Part shown: in pieces, positions 15,973-24,938 of the stretch
Layout: every line of letters starts with the position of its first letter
Position numbering within the stretch: position 1 is the stretch's first letter
IMG/VR virus record: IMGVR_UViG_3300002835_000043
Location: 62,001 to 118,301 of that record
Reading direction: 5' to 3' (one strand)
DNA: 56,301 nt
From: an uncultured virus (IMG/VR IMGVR_UViG_3300002835_000043)
Taxonomy: Duplodnaviria; Heunggongvirae; Uroviricota; Caudoviricetes
Notes under the pieces: model-generated
What the model was told of the DNA's origin: nothing
What the model saw: the letters and a program-made list of their open reading frames with translations, nothing else
Database searches by the model: none
Program-made: the position numbers and the translations under genes

Positions 15973-16797
15973 ATGGCTAAACCAGCCAGCAGAGAACAAT
16001 TAAAAGATTTTTGTCTTAGAAAACTGGGTTATCCAGTTATTCAAATAAATGTCGATGATGCCCAAATAGAGGATCGTCTAGACGATGCTTTGCAATTTTT
16101 TGCAGAATATCATTTTGATGGTGTCGAAAAGGTATACATGCGTAAGCAGATTGAACAAAAAGACATAGACAGAGGATATATTGATCTAACAGAAGCAACT
16201 ACAGCAGACCCAGGAGCAACTGTGCCTATCGTGGATGCTCCCGCATTAGATCCAGATGGCAATTCTATCATATCAGTAACAAAGGTATTCCAGTTGTATG
16301 ATACCCTTGGTGGCACTGGTATGTTTGATGCACGCTACCAGATCGCTTTAAACGACTTATACGGTCTTCGCACAAACACCTATAGTCAGTCTTTGATAAC
16401 ATATGCAATAACAAGAAGCCACATGCAGATGTTACAAGATATGTTAACTCCGGAGAAGACTTTGGAATTTAGTCGTGTGACAAACAGAATATATGTAAAC
16501 ATGGATTGGAAGGGTCAAACATATCTTGGTCAATATATGTTATTCGAAGCATACAAGATATTGAATCCAGAAGCATATACTGAAATATACAACGATAGAA
16601 CATTAAAACTTTATACTACCGCTCTTATTAAACAACAATGGGGAGCAAATATGATGAAGTTTGGTGGTATGGAGTTACCGGGTGGAATTGTTCTGAATGG
16701 TGCTGAAATATTCCAAGAAGCAACATCAGAAGTACAAAAATTAGAAAACGAAATGCAATCTAAGTGGGAACTTCCTCCTCAATTCTTTGTAGGATAA
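15973..16797 (+). CDS. gp13: Neck protein
   Basis: LKDFCLRKLGYPVIQINVDDAQIEDR; IKQQWGANMMKFGGMELPGG. Confidence 0.95.
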   Translation: MAKPASREQLKDFCLRKLGYPVIQINVDDAQIEDRLDDALQFFAEYHFDGVEKVYMRKQIEQKDIDRGYIDLTEATTADPGATVPIVDAPALDPDGNSIISVTKVFQLYDTLGGTGMFDARYQIALNDLYGLRTNTYSQSLITYAITRSHMQMLQDMLTPEKTLEFSRVTNRIYVNMDWKGQTYLGQYMLFEAYKILNPEAYTEIYNDRTLKLYTTALIKQQWGANMMKFGGMELPGGIVLNGAEIFQEATSEVQKLENEMQSKWELPPQFFVG

Positions 16798-16798
16798 A

Positions 16799-17500
16799 AT
16801 GGCAACAAATCCATATTTTAAAAATCAAGGTTATAAACCTACTCAAAATCTGATAGAGGATTTATCAGAAGAGGCTATCAAAGTAAATGGTATTGATGTT
16901 GTTTATATTATAAAAACAACAGATAAAGTTGACCAGTTATTTGGTGATAATCAACATGGCAAACTCAAAAATTCTTTTGGAATTGAAATGTATTTAAAGA
17001 ATGCAAAGGGATTTGAGGGAGAAAGAGATATAGTAAATAAATTTGGTATGGAAGTTAAAGATAATGTTACTTTGATTGTATCTAAGAAAAGATTTAGAGA
17101 AGAATCTTTCAAACTACCACAATTAACTGGTCGTTTATACCCAATGAATAGACCAATTGAAGGTGATTTGATTTACTTGCCACTTGCACAAACATCTGAC
17201 AACTTATATGAAATTAAGTTTGTTGAAAATGAAGATGTTCTTTATCAACAAGGCGATTACTACACATTTAGACTAGATTGTGAACTATATAAGTACTCTA
17301 TGGAAGATATTAATACAGGATTCAGTAAGATTGATGATATCAAATCTGAATTGGTACAAGAAGTCGATGTTGATGGTGACGGTATAGCAGATTATATTAT
17401 GGATAAGAAAAAGATAAATGACAATACCCAGATTCAAAATGAAGCAAATGATATTATAGATTTTACCGAGAAAGATCCATTCTCTGAGGGTAATTACTGA
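16799..17500 (+). CDS. gp14: Neck protein
   Basis: NPYF, IEMY, KFG, RPIEGDLIY, IIDFTEKDPF; synteny. Confidence 0.95.
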   Translation: MATNPYFKNQGYKPTQNLIEDLSEEAIKVNGIDVVYIIKTTDKVDQLFGDNQHGKLKNSFGIEMYLKNAKGFEGERDIVNKFGMEVKDNVTLIVSKKRFREESFKLPQLTGRLYPMNRPIEGDLIYLPLAQTSDNLYEIKFVENEDVLYQQGDYYTFRLDCELYKYSMEDINTGFSKIDDIKSELVQEVDVDGDGIADYIMDKKKINDNTQIQNEANDIIDFTEKDPFSEGNY

Positions 17501-18165
17501 TGTTTACAAATTTCTATCATGGCACTATAAGAAAAATGGTGACTGCCTTCGGCACCTTATTTAATAACATTTATATCGTAAGAAACGATGGAACTACCAC
17601 AAAGAAAATAAAAGTCCCACTGATTTATTCTCCAAAAGAAAAGTTTGTTCATCGTTTAAATTTAGATGTAGATAAGACAATGGTTCAAACTATTCTTCCT
17701 AGAATGGGATTTTCGATAACAAGTATGTCATATGATGCTGACAGAAAGAAAAATTCATTAAATAAAAGATGGAAACAAGAAGTCGGCACTAATGATGATA
17801 TAACCTTTCAATATCGCTATGAAGATGTTCCATATAATATAGATTTTGAATTATACATTTATGCAAGAAACATCGATGACGGTCTACAAGTTGTAGAACA
17901 AATATTACCATTCTTTACTCCAGATTTTACAATAACAATAAAACCAAAAGTATTGGACAACACTTTAGAAAAAGTAGATATTCCAATAATATTAAATCAA
18001 ATTACACCAAACGAAGTATATGATCAGAGTTTTTCTGAAGAAACAAGAATGTTAACTTGGGATTTGCAATTTACCGCTAAAGCAAATCTATATGGTCCGG
18101 TTAGAAATTCTTCTAGTATAATTAAAGATGTTAAGGTTAATCTTTTTGATTTCGATGAGGTCTAA
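17500..18165 (+). CDS. gp15: Tail terminator / sheath stabiliser
   Basis: FYHGTIRKMVTAFGTLFN, KVPLIY, LPRMGF, VEQILPFFTP, LYGPV. Confidence 0.95.
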   Translation: MFTNFYHGTIRKMVTAFGTLFNNIYIVRNDGTTTKKIKVPLIYSPKEKFVHRLNLDVDKTMVQTILPRMGFSITSMSYDADRKKNSLNKRWKQEVGTNDDITFQYRYEDVPYNIDFELYIYARNIDDGLQVVEQILPFFTPDFTITIKPKVLDNTLEKVDIPIILNQITPNEVYDQSFSEETRMLTWDLQFTAKANLYGPVRNSSSIIKDVKVNLFDFDEV

Positions 18166-18167
18166 AT

Positions 18168-18341
18168 ATGGCATATAAGAAATACGCTTCAATAAGAGTT
18201 AGACCTGTTATTTTTGAAAAAGATACGAATGGTGATTTTATACTAGATACAAATAACGATAAGATAATTTTAGTTCAACCTAATAATGTAAATTCAACAG
18301 AACCATACGACTACTTAGTAGAAATAGAGGAATTTGAATAA
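18168..18341 (+). CDS. 57-aa ORF not in the track (MAYKKYASIRVRPV...EPYDYLVEIEEFE), resembling a gp15 C-terminal tail
   Basis: Fills the gap exactly; GAGG upstream; stop overlaps the next ATG (TAATG). Confidence 0.7.
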   Translation: MAYKKYASIRVRPVIFEKDTNGDFILDTNNDKIILVQPNNVNSTEPYDYLVEIEEFE

Positions 18342-21300
18342 TGTCACAAAGAGATCAATTTGCACCCGGTGTTGGTTCTGGAATTTATGGTTCAGGAGAA
18401 CCTGTCGGTAATATAGTTTTTCAATTTAGTGATATTCCATCTCCTCCTACAAATTTAATCGCCTCTAGTAATTTATATACAGACGGTATTGAATTACAAT
18501 GGCAACCAAGTGAAAAGGCAGTTTTTTATAAAATTTATAGAGATTTTAATTTTTTAATAGAATTAAATAATTTAACATTAAATACAAATAATACATTTAC
18601 ATACAAGGACACAAATGTAGAAGAAGGAAAAATTTATACTTATTCAGTTAGTGGAATTAATAATTCTGGAGAAAGTCAACAAAGTAACACGGATACTGGT
18701 TCTATAAAAATTAATGGTGTTCAAAATTTAACAGCATCACAAACATTACAAAGTACTATAAATTTGTCATGGGATTCTAATCCTAATGCAGTAAATTATA
18801 TTGTTTATAGAGGAAATACTACAAATTTAGAAAATATGATAATTTTGGGAATAACTTCATCAAATTCTTTTATAGATTCATCAGATCTTATATATGGTAA
18901 TATTTATTACTATAGAATAATACCGGTATCGGGGGATGGTAATGGTATAGAAAGTTCACACACTTCTGGGTTTTTATTCGTTAATAAACCAACCTGTCCA
19001 TCAATAAATGTAAGTTATGGAACATATACAGATAAAATAATATTATCATGGAATTCTGTTCCAACTGCAACAAATTATAGAGTGTATAAAAATGGTATAC
19101 AAATACACAATACCACAGAACTAACATACACAGATACATCTATACAACAAGGAATAGAATATCAATATCTAGTAATATCAGAAAATCAAGCAGGACTATG
19201 TACAGATACAAATGATAATTATGAAATAGGTTGGGCAAAATTATCCCCACCACAATCACTAACTGCTGCTGATGGACAAGATGAAAAAAATATTACTCTG
19301 AGTTGGTCTTCTGTTCAAAATGCAACACATTATAATATTTATAGAAGACCTGCAATTATTGGTGTACCATATTCATTAATCGATTCTGTTCAAACTTTTA
19401 ATTACCAAGATACAAATACTGATTTAGTCTATGGAACTACTTATGTTTATAAAATTCGTGCTGCGTGTCATATAAACGGTATAGAAAAAGAAAGCGCCGA
19501 TAGTAATGAAGACACTGGTATCTTAAAAAACCCAATACCAAATGCACCTGTTATTGTTGCATCAAATGGTGATTATGATAATAAAATTTCTATATCTTGG
19601 AATCCAGTTCCAAATGCTTCTGTCTATATTGTTTATAGAGATTCAAATCAAATTGCAGTAGTAACTGATACTTTTTATGATGATATTGATCCATCAGTAT
19701 CTTCTTGTACAAATTATACTTATAGAGTAAAAGCAAAAAATATGTTCGGGTTTGAGAGTTCTTTTTCAAATTCAGATATTGGTATTAAAAAATTACAAAC
19801 ACCATCTGGCTTAGTTGCGAGCGATTCACAATTTACCGGAAAAATTTATGTGTCATGGAATTCTGTTCCAGATGCTTTAAATTATACTTTATATAGATCA
19901 CTATTTAATACCGAAGCAAGCATGGTTCCTCTCGTAACAACTTCAACACCATTTTATGATGATACAAACACCGATTTAGTTTATGAAACCACATATTATT
20001 ATGCAGTAAAAGCAAATTGTATTTGTGCTCTTTGCTCTACAAATGGTGAAACTACAGCATTTAGTAATATCGATTCTGGTGTGTTAAAAAACATGTCAAC
20101 ACAATTTACTCCTCCAAGTGCACCAACCACACTCACAATTGCATCACCAAATACTACTTCTATATTATTAACTTGGTCACCAGTTACTGCTGCAACTCTT
20201 TATAAAATTTATAGAGATGGAATACAAGTAGGAATAACTCTTGCAGGAACAACCACATATACAGATACACCAACACCAGGTATTCAGTACACTTACACTG
20301 TAAAGGCACAGAATAGTGATGGTGAAAGTTCTTCATCACCATCTGCTACTGGTTATATTATATTAACAACACCAACTAGTTTTGTAGCAACAAAAAATGA
20401 AAATTCCACAGAATCTTATATTAAATTAACATGGTCTGCTGTTCCCGGTGCAACAAGTTACACAATTTTTAGAGGAATAAGTTCGAGCACACTATCACAA
20501 ATAGATACAAGTTATACTACGGAATATTTTGATACAAATACAGATTTATCATATAATACAATTTATTACTATCGAATAAAAGCAAATTCATCTTTTGCAA
20601 GTGCAGCAAGTTCACTTAGTAATATAAACAGTTCTTCTACTGGAATTTTAAAATCTCCCCCTCCAACTAATTTTAATTTAAATTCTATAAGTTCAATTTA
20701 CACAGATAAAGTAATTATAACTTGGAATTCATCGCAATATGCATATGGTGGCTATTCTGTAAATAGAGATGGAATACCATTAACAAACGGATATTCTTCA
20801 TCTAATTTTTTAACACATAGTAATACATTTCAACTAGGACAAACGGATTGGATTTTGTATAATAATTCAACAATTAATTCTAGTCCACAAATTCCTATGC
20901 CAAATGATGATACAAATGGTGAATATGGTAAAATATTATTATTATCTTCATCAAAAACCCAAAATAACGGTATATACCAAGTAATAAAAAATGTAGCAAA
21001 TTCAACAATATACACGCTTTCTTGCTATGTTAGATCTATTACTGACACAGCAAAATTTAGAATGAGTTATTTTAATGGTGGTGTAAGTAGTTTTTCAAAT
21101 GAATTTATAGCCAACACAACACCAACGAGATTTACTTTTACATTTACAACTACTACAAATAATATAACATCAAATATTGCAATTGGAAATAATTTTACTA
21201 CATCTGGTGGAACTACATTTTGGGAAGATGGTAGTATTGTAATATGGGGTGCTCAATTAGAAAAGGGTTCTGTTGCAACTACATTAATTTCAACAACAAC

Positions 21301-22141
21301 AGCACCAGTCACATCAACGACATATACAGATACAACAGCAACATATGGAACCAACCATTCATATAGTGTAACTGCTTTGAATAATATAACATCAACAAAC
21401 AGTAGTAATTCTGTAAATGGATCTCTAAAATTATTAGCACCAACTTTAACTTCTGTAACAAATAATTTAACAACAAAAGTAACTTTAAATTGGAGTTCTA
21501 TTTCTGGTGCATCTACATATAAAGTTTATAGAGGAACAACTAATGATACTTCTTCTATGTCTCTTTTATCTAGTGGTATTTCCACTACTTCATATGATGA
21601 TACAACTGCTACTGCTGGAACTACTTATTACTATTCAATAAAAGCCACAACATCATTTGGTACTGATAGTGATTTTGGTAATGTGGTTTCTGGTAGTAAA
21701 GTATTACAGGCAGTACAACCTGGAGATATTTTTGAAAATTATTTTAGCCATAATAAATATGATTATACAAATGTAACATTAACAGATTCGAGTAATAACA
21801 ATGTTACATTCAATCATTTTACACATGAATCTTTTTATAATCCAATGGCAGCAATAAATTGGAATTCTTTACAGAGAGACAGAGATAATAGATATTCAAA
21901 ACAAATATTTTATTCAAATAAGTTATCAAGTACAAATAATGAAGTAAATTATCTTGAAAGAATAATAGTTAACAATTTTAGCAATACCGCAAATGGATTT
22001 AGTGGTACTAAATTATATAAAAATTTTGATGTATATAGAGGAGAAGGAGACTCGCAATATGAAGACGACATTATTTGTACTTTTCCAAATTATACGGAAT
22101 TATTAATTAAAACAGTTGAACCAATTTTACAACCTAAATAA
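18341..22141 (+). CDS. Fibronectin type III repeat protein (about ten FN3 units) with an inserted CBM-like module
   Basis: Repeated P...L.AS...I.LSW..V..A..Y..YR...Y.D...Y.Y.V.A units; WGAQLEKG module at ~20800-21310. Confidence 0.85.
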   Translation: MSQRDQFAPGVGSGIYGSGEPVGNIVFQFSDIPSPPTNLIASSNLYTDGIELQWQPSEKAVFYKIYRDFNFLIELNNLTLNTNNTFTYKDTNVEEGKIYTYSVSGINNSGESQQSNTDTGSIKINGVQNLTASQTLQSTINLSWDSNPNAVNYIVYRGNTTNLENMIILGITSSNSFIDSSDLIYGNIYYYRIIPVSGDGNGIESSHTSGFLFVNKPTCPSINVSYGTYTDKIILSWNSVPTATNYRVYKNGIQIHNTTELTYTDTSIQQGIEYQYLVISENQAGLCTDTNDNYEIGWAKLSPPQSLTAADGQDEKNITLSWSSVQNATHYNIYRRPAIIGVPYSLIDSVQTFNYQDTNTDLVYGTTYVYKIRAACHINGIEKESADSNEDTGILKNPIPNAPVIVASNGDYDNKISISWNPVPNASVYIVYRDSNQIAVVTDTFYDDIDPSVSSCTNYTYRVKAKNMFGFESSFSNSDIGIKKLQTPSGLVASDSQFTGKIYVSWNSVPDALNYTLYRSLFNTEASMVPLVTTSTPFYDDTNTDLVYETTYYYAVKANCICALCSTNGETTAFSNIDSGVLKNMSTQFTPPSAPTTLTIASPNTTSILLTWSPVTAATLYKIYRDGIQVGITLAGTTTYTDTPTPGIQYTYTVKAQNSDGESSSSPSATGYIILTTPTSFVATKNENSTESYIKLTWSAVPGATSYTIFRGISSSTLSQIDTSYTTEYFDTNTDLSYNTIYYYRIKANSSFASAASSLSNINSSSTGILKSPPPTNFNLNSISSIYTDKVIITWNSSQYAYGGYSVNRDGIPLTNGYSSSNFLTHSNTFQLGQTDWILYNNSTINSSPQIPMPNDDTNGEYGKILLLSSSKTQNNGIYQVIKNVANSTIYTLSCYVRSITDTAKFRMSYFNGGVSSFSNEFIANTTPTRFTFTFTTTTNNITSNIAIGNNFTTSGGTTFWEDGSIVIWGAQLEKGSVATTLISTTTAPVTSTTYTDTTATYGTNHSYSVTALNNITSTNSSNSVNGSLKLLAPTLTSVTNNLTTKVTLNWSSISGASTYKVYRGTTNDTSSMSLLSSGISTTSYDDTTATAGTTYYYSIKATTSFGTDSDFGNVVSGSKVLQAVQPGDIFENYFSHNKYDYTNVTLTDSSNNNVTFNHFTHESFYNPMAAINWNSLQRDRDNRYSKQIFYSNKLSSTNNEVNYLERIIVNNFSNTANGFSGTKLYKNFDVYRGEGDSQYEDDIICTFPNYTELLIKTVEPILQPK

Positions 22142-22146
22142 TCAAT

Positions 22147-24927
22147 ATGGCACAATTTATAAACATATCAGATCCTGAATTACAAAAATTTCCACCGTGG
22201 AAAGCACATTCGTGGAGACAAATATCAAGAGAATTAACTGGCATAAGAGGATGTGCTCCTGCTGTTCATTTTCACGATACAACTCATGATAATAGTACTG
22301 ATTTATTAGCACCAGATGACAGAATTTTCAAATGGTATGTTGGTGAACAAATGTATTTTTGGGGACAAGAAATGTGGTCTTCTGTGAATAAAAATAACCA
22401 CAATCATGATAATTTAAATATATATTGGAGAAATTTTGGTGAAGATGATACCAAATGGGTATTGATAAAAGGAACTGGCATTTATGGGTTTAATGCAGCA
22501 GAATATGTATTTTATCCAAATTTAAATCTTAGAAGTTTTGATACATCAAATAATCCACATGCTGGCGCGGCAAACCCCAATTCGTTAACAACATCTGATC
22601 CTGTAGGATATCCTTATATCCGAGAAGATTATGTAACCGGATTTACATCTAATTCTAATAGAGGCGAATCCTATGGATTTGGAAGTACTAGCAATGATAG
22701 AGGTAATGCTATAACATCAACCAGATCTTATACACATGTAAGATGTATGACTTTTTTGAGAGAAGGAGAATATAAAATAGAAATAAGTGAAACCGGAACA
22801 TGGGATGCATCTGCTTCACTAAATGGTAAAAGTTTACCGGCAAAATCTATTGAATCAAATCAGATACTTTATACTAATAGCACATTAACACCAACCGAAA
22901 TAGACAAACTTATAAAATTTAATCCAATAAATTATTCCTCAAATTTAGGTTTATATGGTACATTACCAGAACAATTATCATCGTATACAAATTTACCACA
23001 AACATATCGTTCACGATTCACAAAAACATTAATTTTAAAAATTTATACTAAAAATAAAGATTTAGTAACTGGTAATGATATATCTTTTCCAGCAGATATA
23101 ACTTTACAACCAGGAACAATAACTACTGGTAGTGTAATAACTCAACCATATCAAAGAGTTATTGGTTATGGTGCAGTATATGAATATATACCATCAGGTA
23201 ATTTTGTTGGTTACTCTACAGTACATACAGATACAACAACACCAGAACAAAGATTTGGTAAAATTAATCAAAGATGGAATGGAACTGCAAAAACATTAAT
23301 AAATAGAAGACATTTAGTTGTGGAAGGATTAACATTAAGACCATCTGCAAATAGAAATGTAAATCAAGATAGAAATTTATTTCCATTTATATCGACAGCA
23401 AATACTATCGTAGATTTAAGAGGTAGTATATTTAAAAATTGTACATTTGAAGATATGGATTTTAATGGTCAGGCAGATTGGATTTGTTTTAGTGGGTGTA
23501 AATTTATTAATTGTAAATTTAAACGATGTGCAATAAATATGCACGCAGACTCTGTTCTTTTTATGTATTGTGATTTTGAAGGAAGAACAGATTACATAGA
23601 TTCATTTAATGTTTCTGGTATATCAAATGCTAATATTTGTTGTAATTTTGAAAACAATTTTAGAACTTTCTTTTTTGCTACAGACAGTTCACCTTGCACA
23701 GATAATTTATGGTTTAAATGTATATTTGATACAACTTTATTTAATAGTGGCGGATCTGAACAATTTATAGCAGAACAAGTAGAATCTCGACTTGTTTCAA
23801 CACCCACCGATTCAACAAGCGAAATACCGATACTTGCAAAACAAAAATTTAGAGAATTTGCAAGAAATATGTTTGTATATAACAGAATATACGATTCTAG
23901 TATATTTACTATAACAACATATAATGCATTTTCTAGAGCAAATTTATACACTTTAAATGAAACATTTTGTCCAACTGTAGTAGATACTACTACTATAAAT
24001 TCTACTAATAACACATCAACAACTGGTATTAGTGGTGGTTCATATTATGATGTTCATTTTTGGAATCATTATAGCAGATTTTCAATGACACTCGGTGAAA
24101 ATACCCATCATACTAGATTTATAGAAAATCTAATCACTGAACCACATTTATCCGGAAATAGGTGGAGTTCAGAAAATGGTTCATGGAATGTTCTCAGTCA
24201 ATTTTCATATCCATTTTTCTCAATACATAGTTTATATGAAAATCCTGCAAATGGTTTTTGGGATTGTAGACATACATCAAGAGCTACAGGTAATAAATTA
24301 ATAGGAAATAAAATAATTAATTGGGGTGGTCGGTTTTCAAAAACTCCAACATCACCATGTTCAGTTTATTTAAATTTTTATAATTTAGAACACTGCCAGA
24401 CATGCAATGATACAACTTACAATTCAGATACTAATGATGGTACTGGTAATTTTACTCAAAAATACTTACAAAATAAAATGTTAGATTTTTTGGATGATTA
24501 TCCATTTATTAGTGGCGATTCTACTAAGTATGGAAAATATATAAATGTTGCTTATAAGAATGTGTTTCTTACACCAACTGCATATAGTCGAAGAACTATA
24601 AACAATCAAGGTTATTCTGGATCACCCTGTTCTGGTTTTAATGATAGCAGTATTTCAATTGGTACATTTGATCATATAACATTTCCAGGTGGTACTACTT
24701 GCAAAGAAAATGCTAATTATTTTAATTGTAATTCAATTTATATTGGTTCAGGTACATCATACCCCGATCCATATAGTGATACATTTGGAACACATGGAAA
24801 ACAAGGCAATAATGACTATAGAAGAATAAGTGTACCAACTTACACAAATTCTTCAACTCCAGTTACTATATCGGCATCTACTATATTTACTGGTGATATA
24901 TTCACCGCAATAAATAGTTTTAGTTGA
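22147..24927 (+). CDS. PKD-like plus right-handed beta-helix protein, paralog 1 (926 aa)
   Basis: GIRGCAPAVHF, WGQEM, TFLREGEYKIEISE; then FKNCTFE and FINCKFKRC repeats. Confidence 0.6.
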   Translation: MAQFINISDPELQKFPPWKAHSWRQISRELTGIRGCAPAVHFHDTTHDNSTDLLAPDDRIFKWYVGEQMYFWGQEMWSSVNKNNHNHDNLNIYWRNFGEDDTKWVLIKGTGIYGFNAAEYVFYPNLNLRSFDTSNNPHAGAANPNSLTTSDPVGYPYIREDYVTGFTSNSNRGESYGFGSTSNDRGNAITSTRSYTHVRCMTFLREGEYKIEISETGTWDASASLNGKSLPAKSIESNQILYTNSTLTPTEIDKLIKFNPINYSSNLGLYGTLPEQLSSYTNLPQTYRSRFTKTLILKIYTKNKDLVTGNDISFPADITLQPGTITTGSVITQPYQRVIGYGAVYEYIPSGNFVGYSTVHTDTTTPEQRFGKINQRWNGTAKTLINRRHLVVEGLTLRPSANRNVNQDRNLFPFISTANTIVDLRGSIFKNCTFEDMDFNGQADWICFSGCKFINCKFKRCAINMHADSVLFMYCDFEGRTDYIDSFNVSGISNANICCNFENNFRTFFFATDSSPCTDNLWFKCIFDTTLFNSGGSEQFIAEQVESRLVSTPTDSTSEIPILAKQKFREFARNMFVYNRIYDSSIFTITTYNAFSRANLYTLNETFCPTVVDTTTINSTNNTSTTGISGGSYYDVHFWNHYSRFSMTLGENTHHTRFIENLITEPHLSGNRWSSENGSWNVLSQFSYPFFSIHSLYENPANGFWDCRHTSRATGNKLIGNKIINWGGRFSKTPTSPCSVYLNFYNLEHCQTCNDTTYNSDTNDGTGNFTQKYLQNKMLDFLDDYPFISGDSTKYGKYINVAYKNVFLTPTAYSRRTINNQGYSGSPCSGFNDSSISIGTFDHITFPGGTTCKENANYFNCNSIYIGSGTSYPDPYSDTFGTHGKQGNNDYRRISVPTYTNSSTPVTISASTIFTGDIFTAINSFS

Positions 24928-24938
24928 GGGATAATTTA

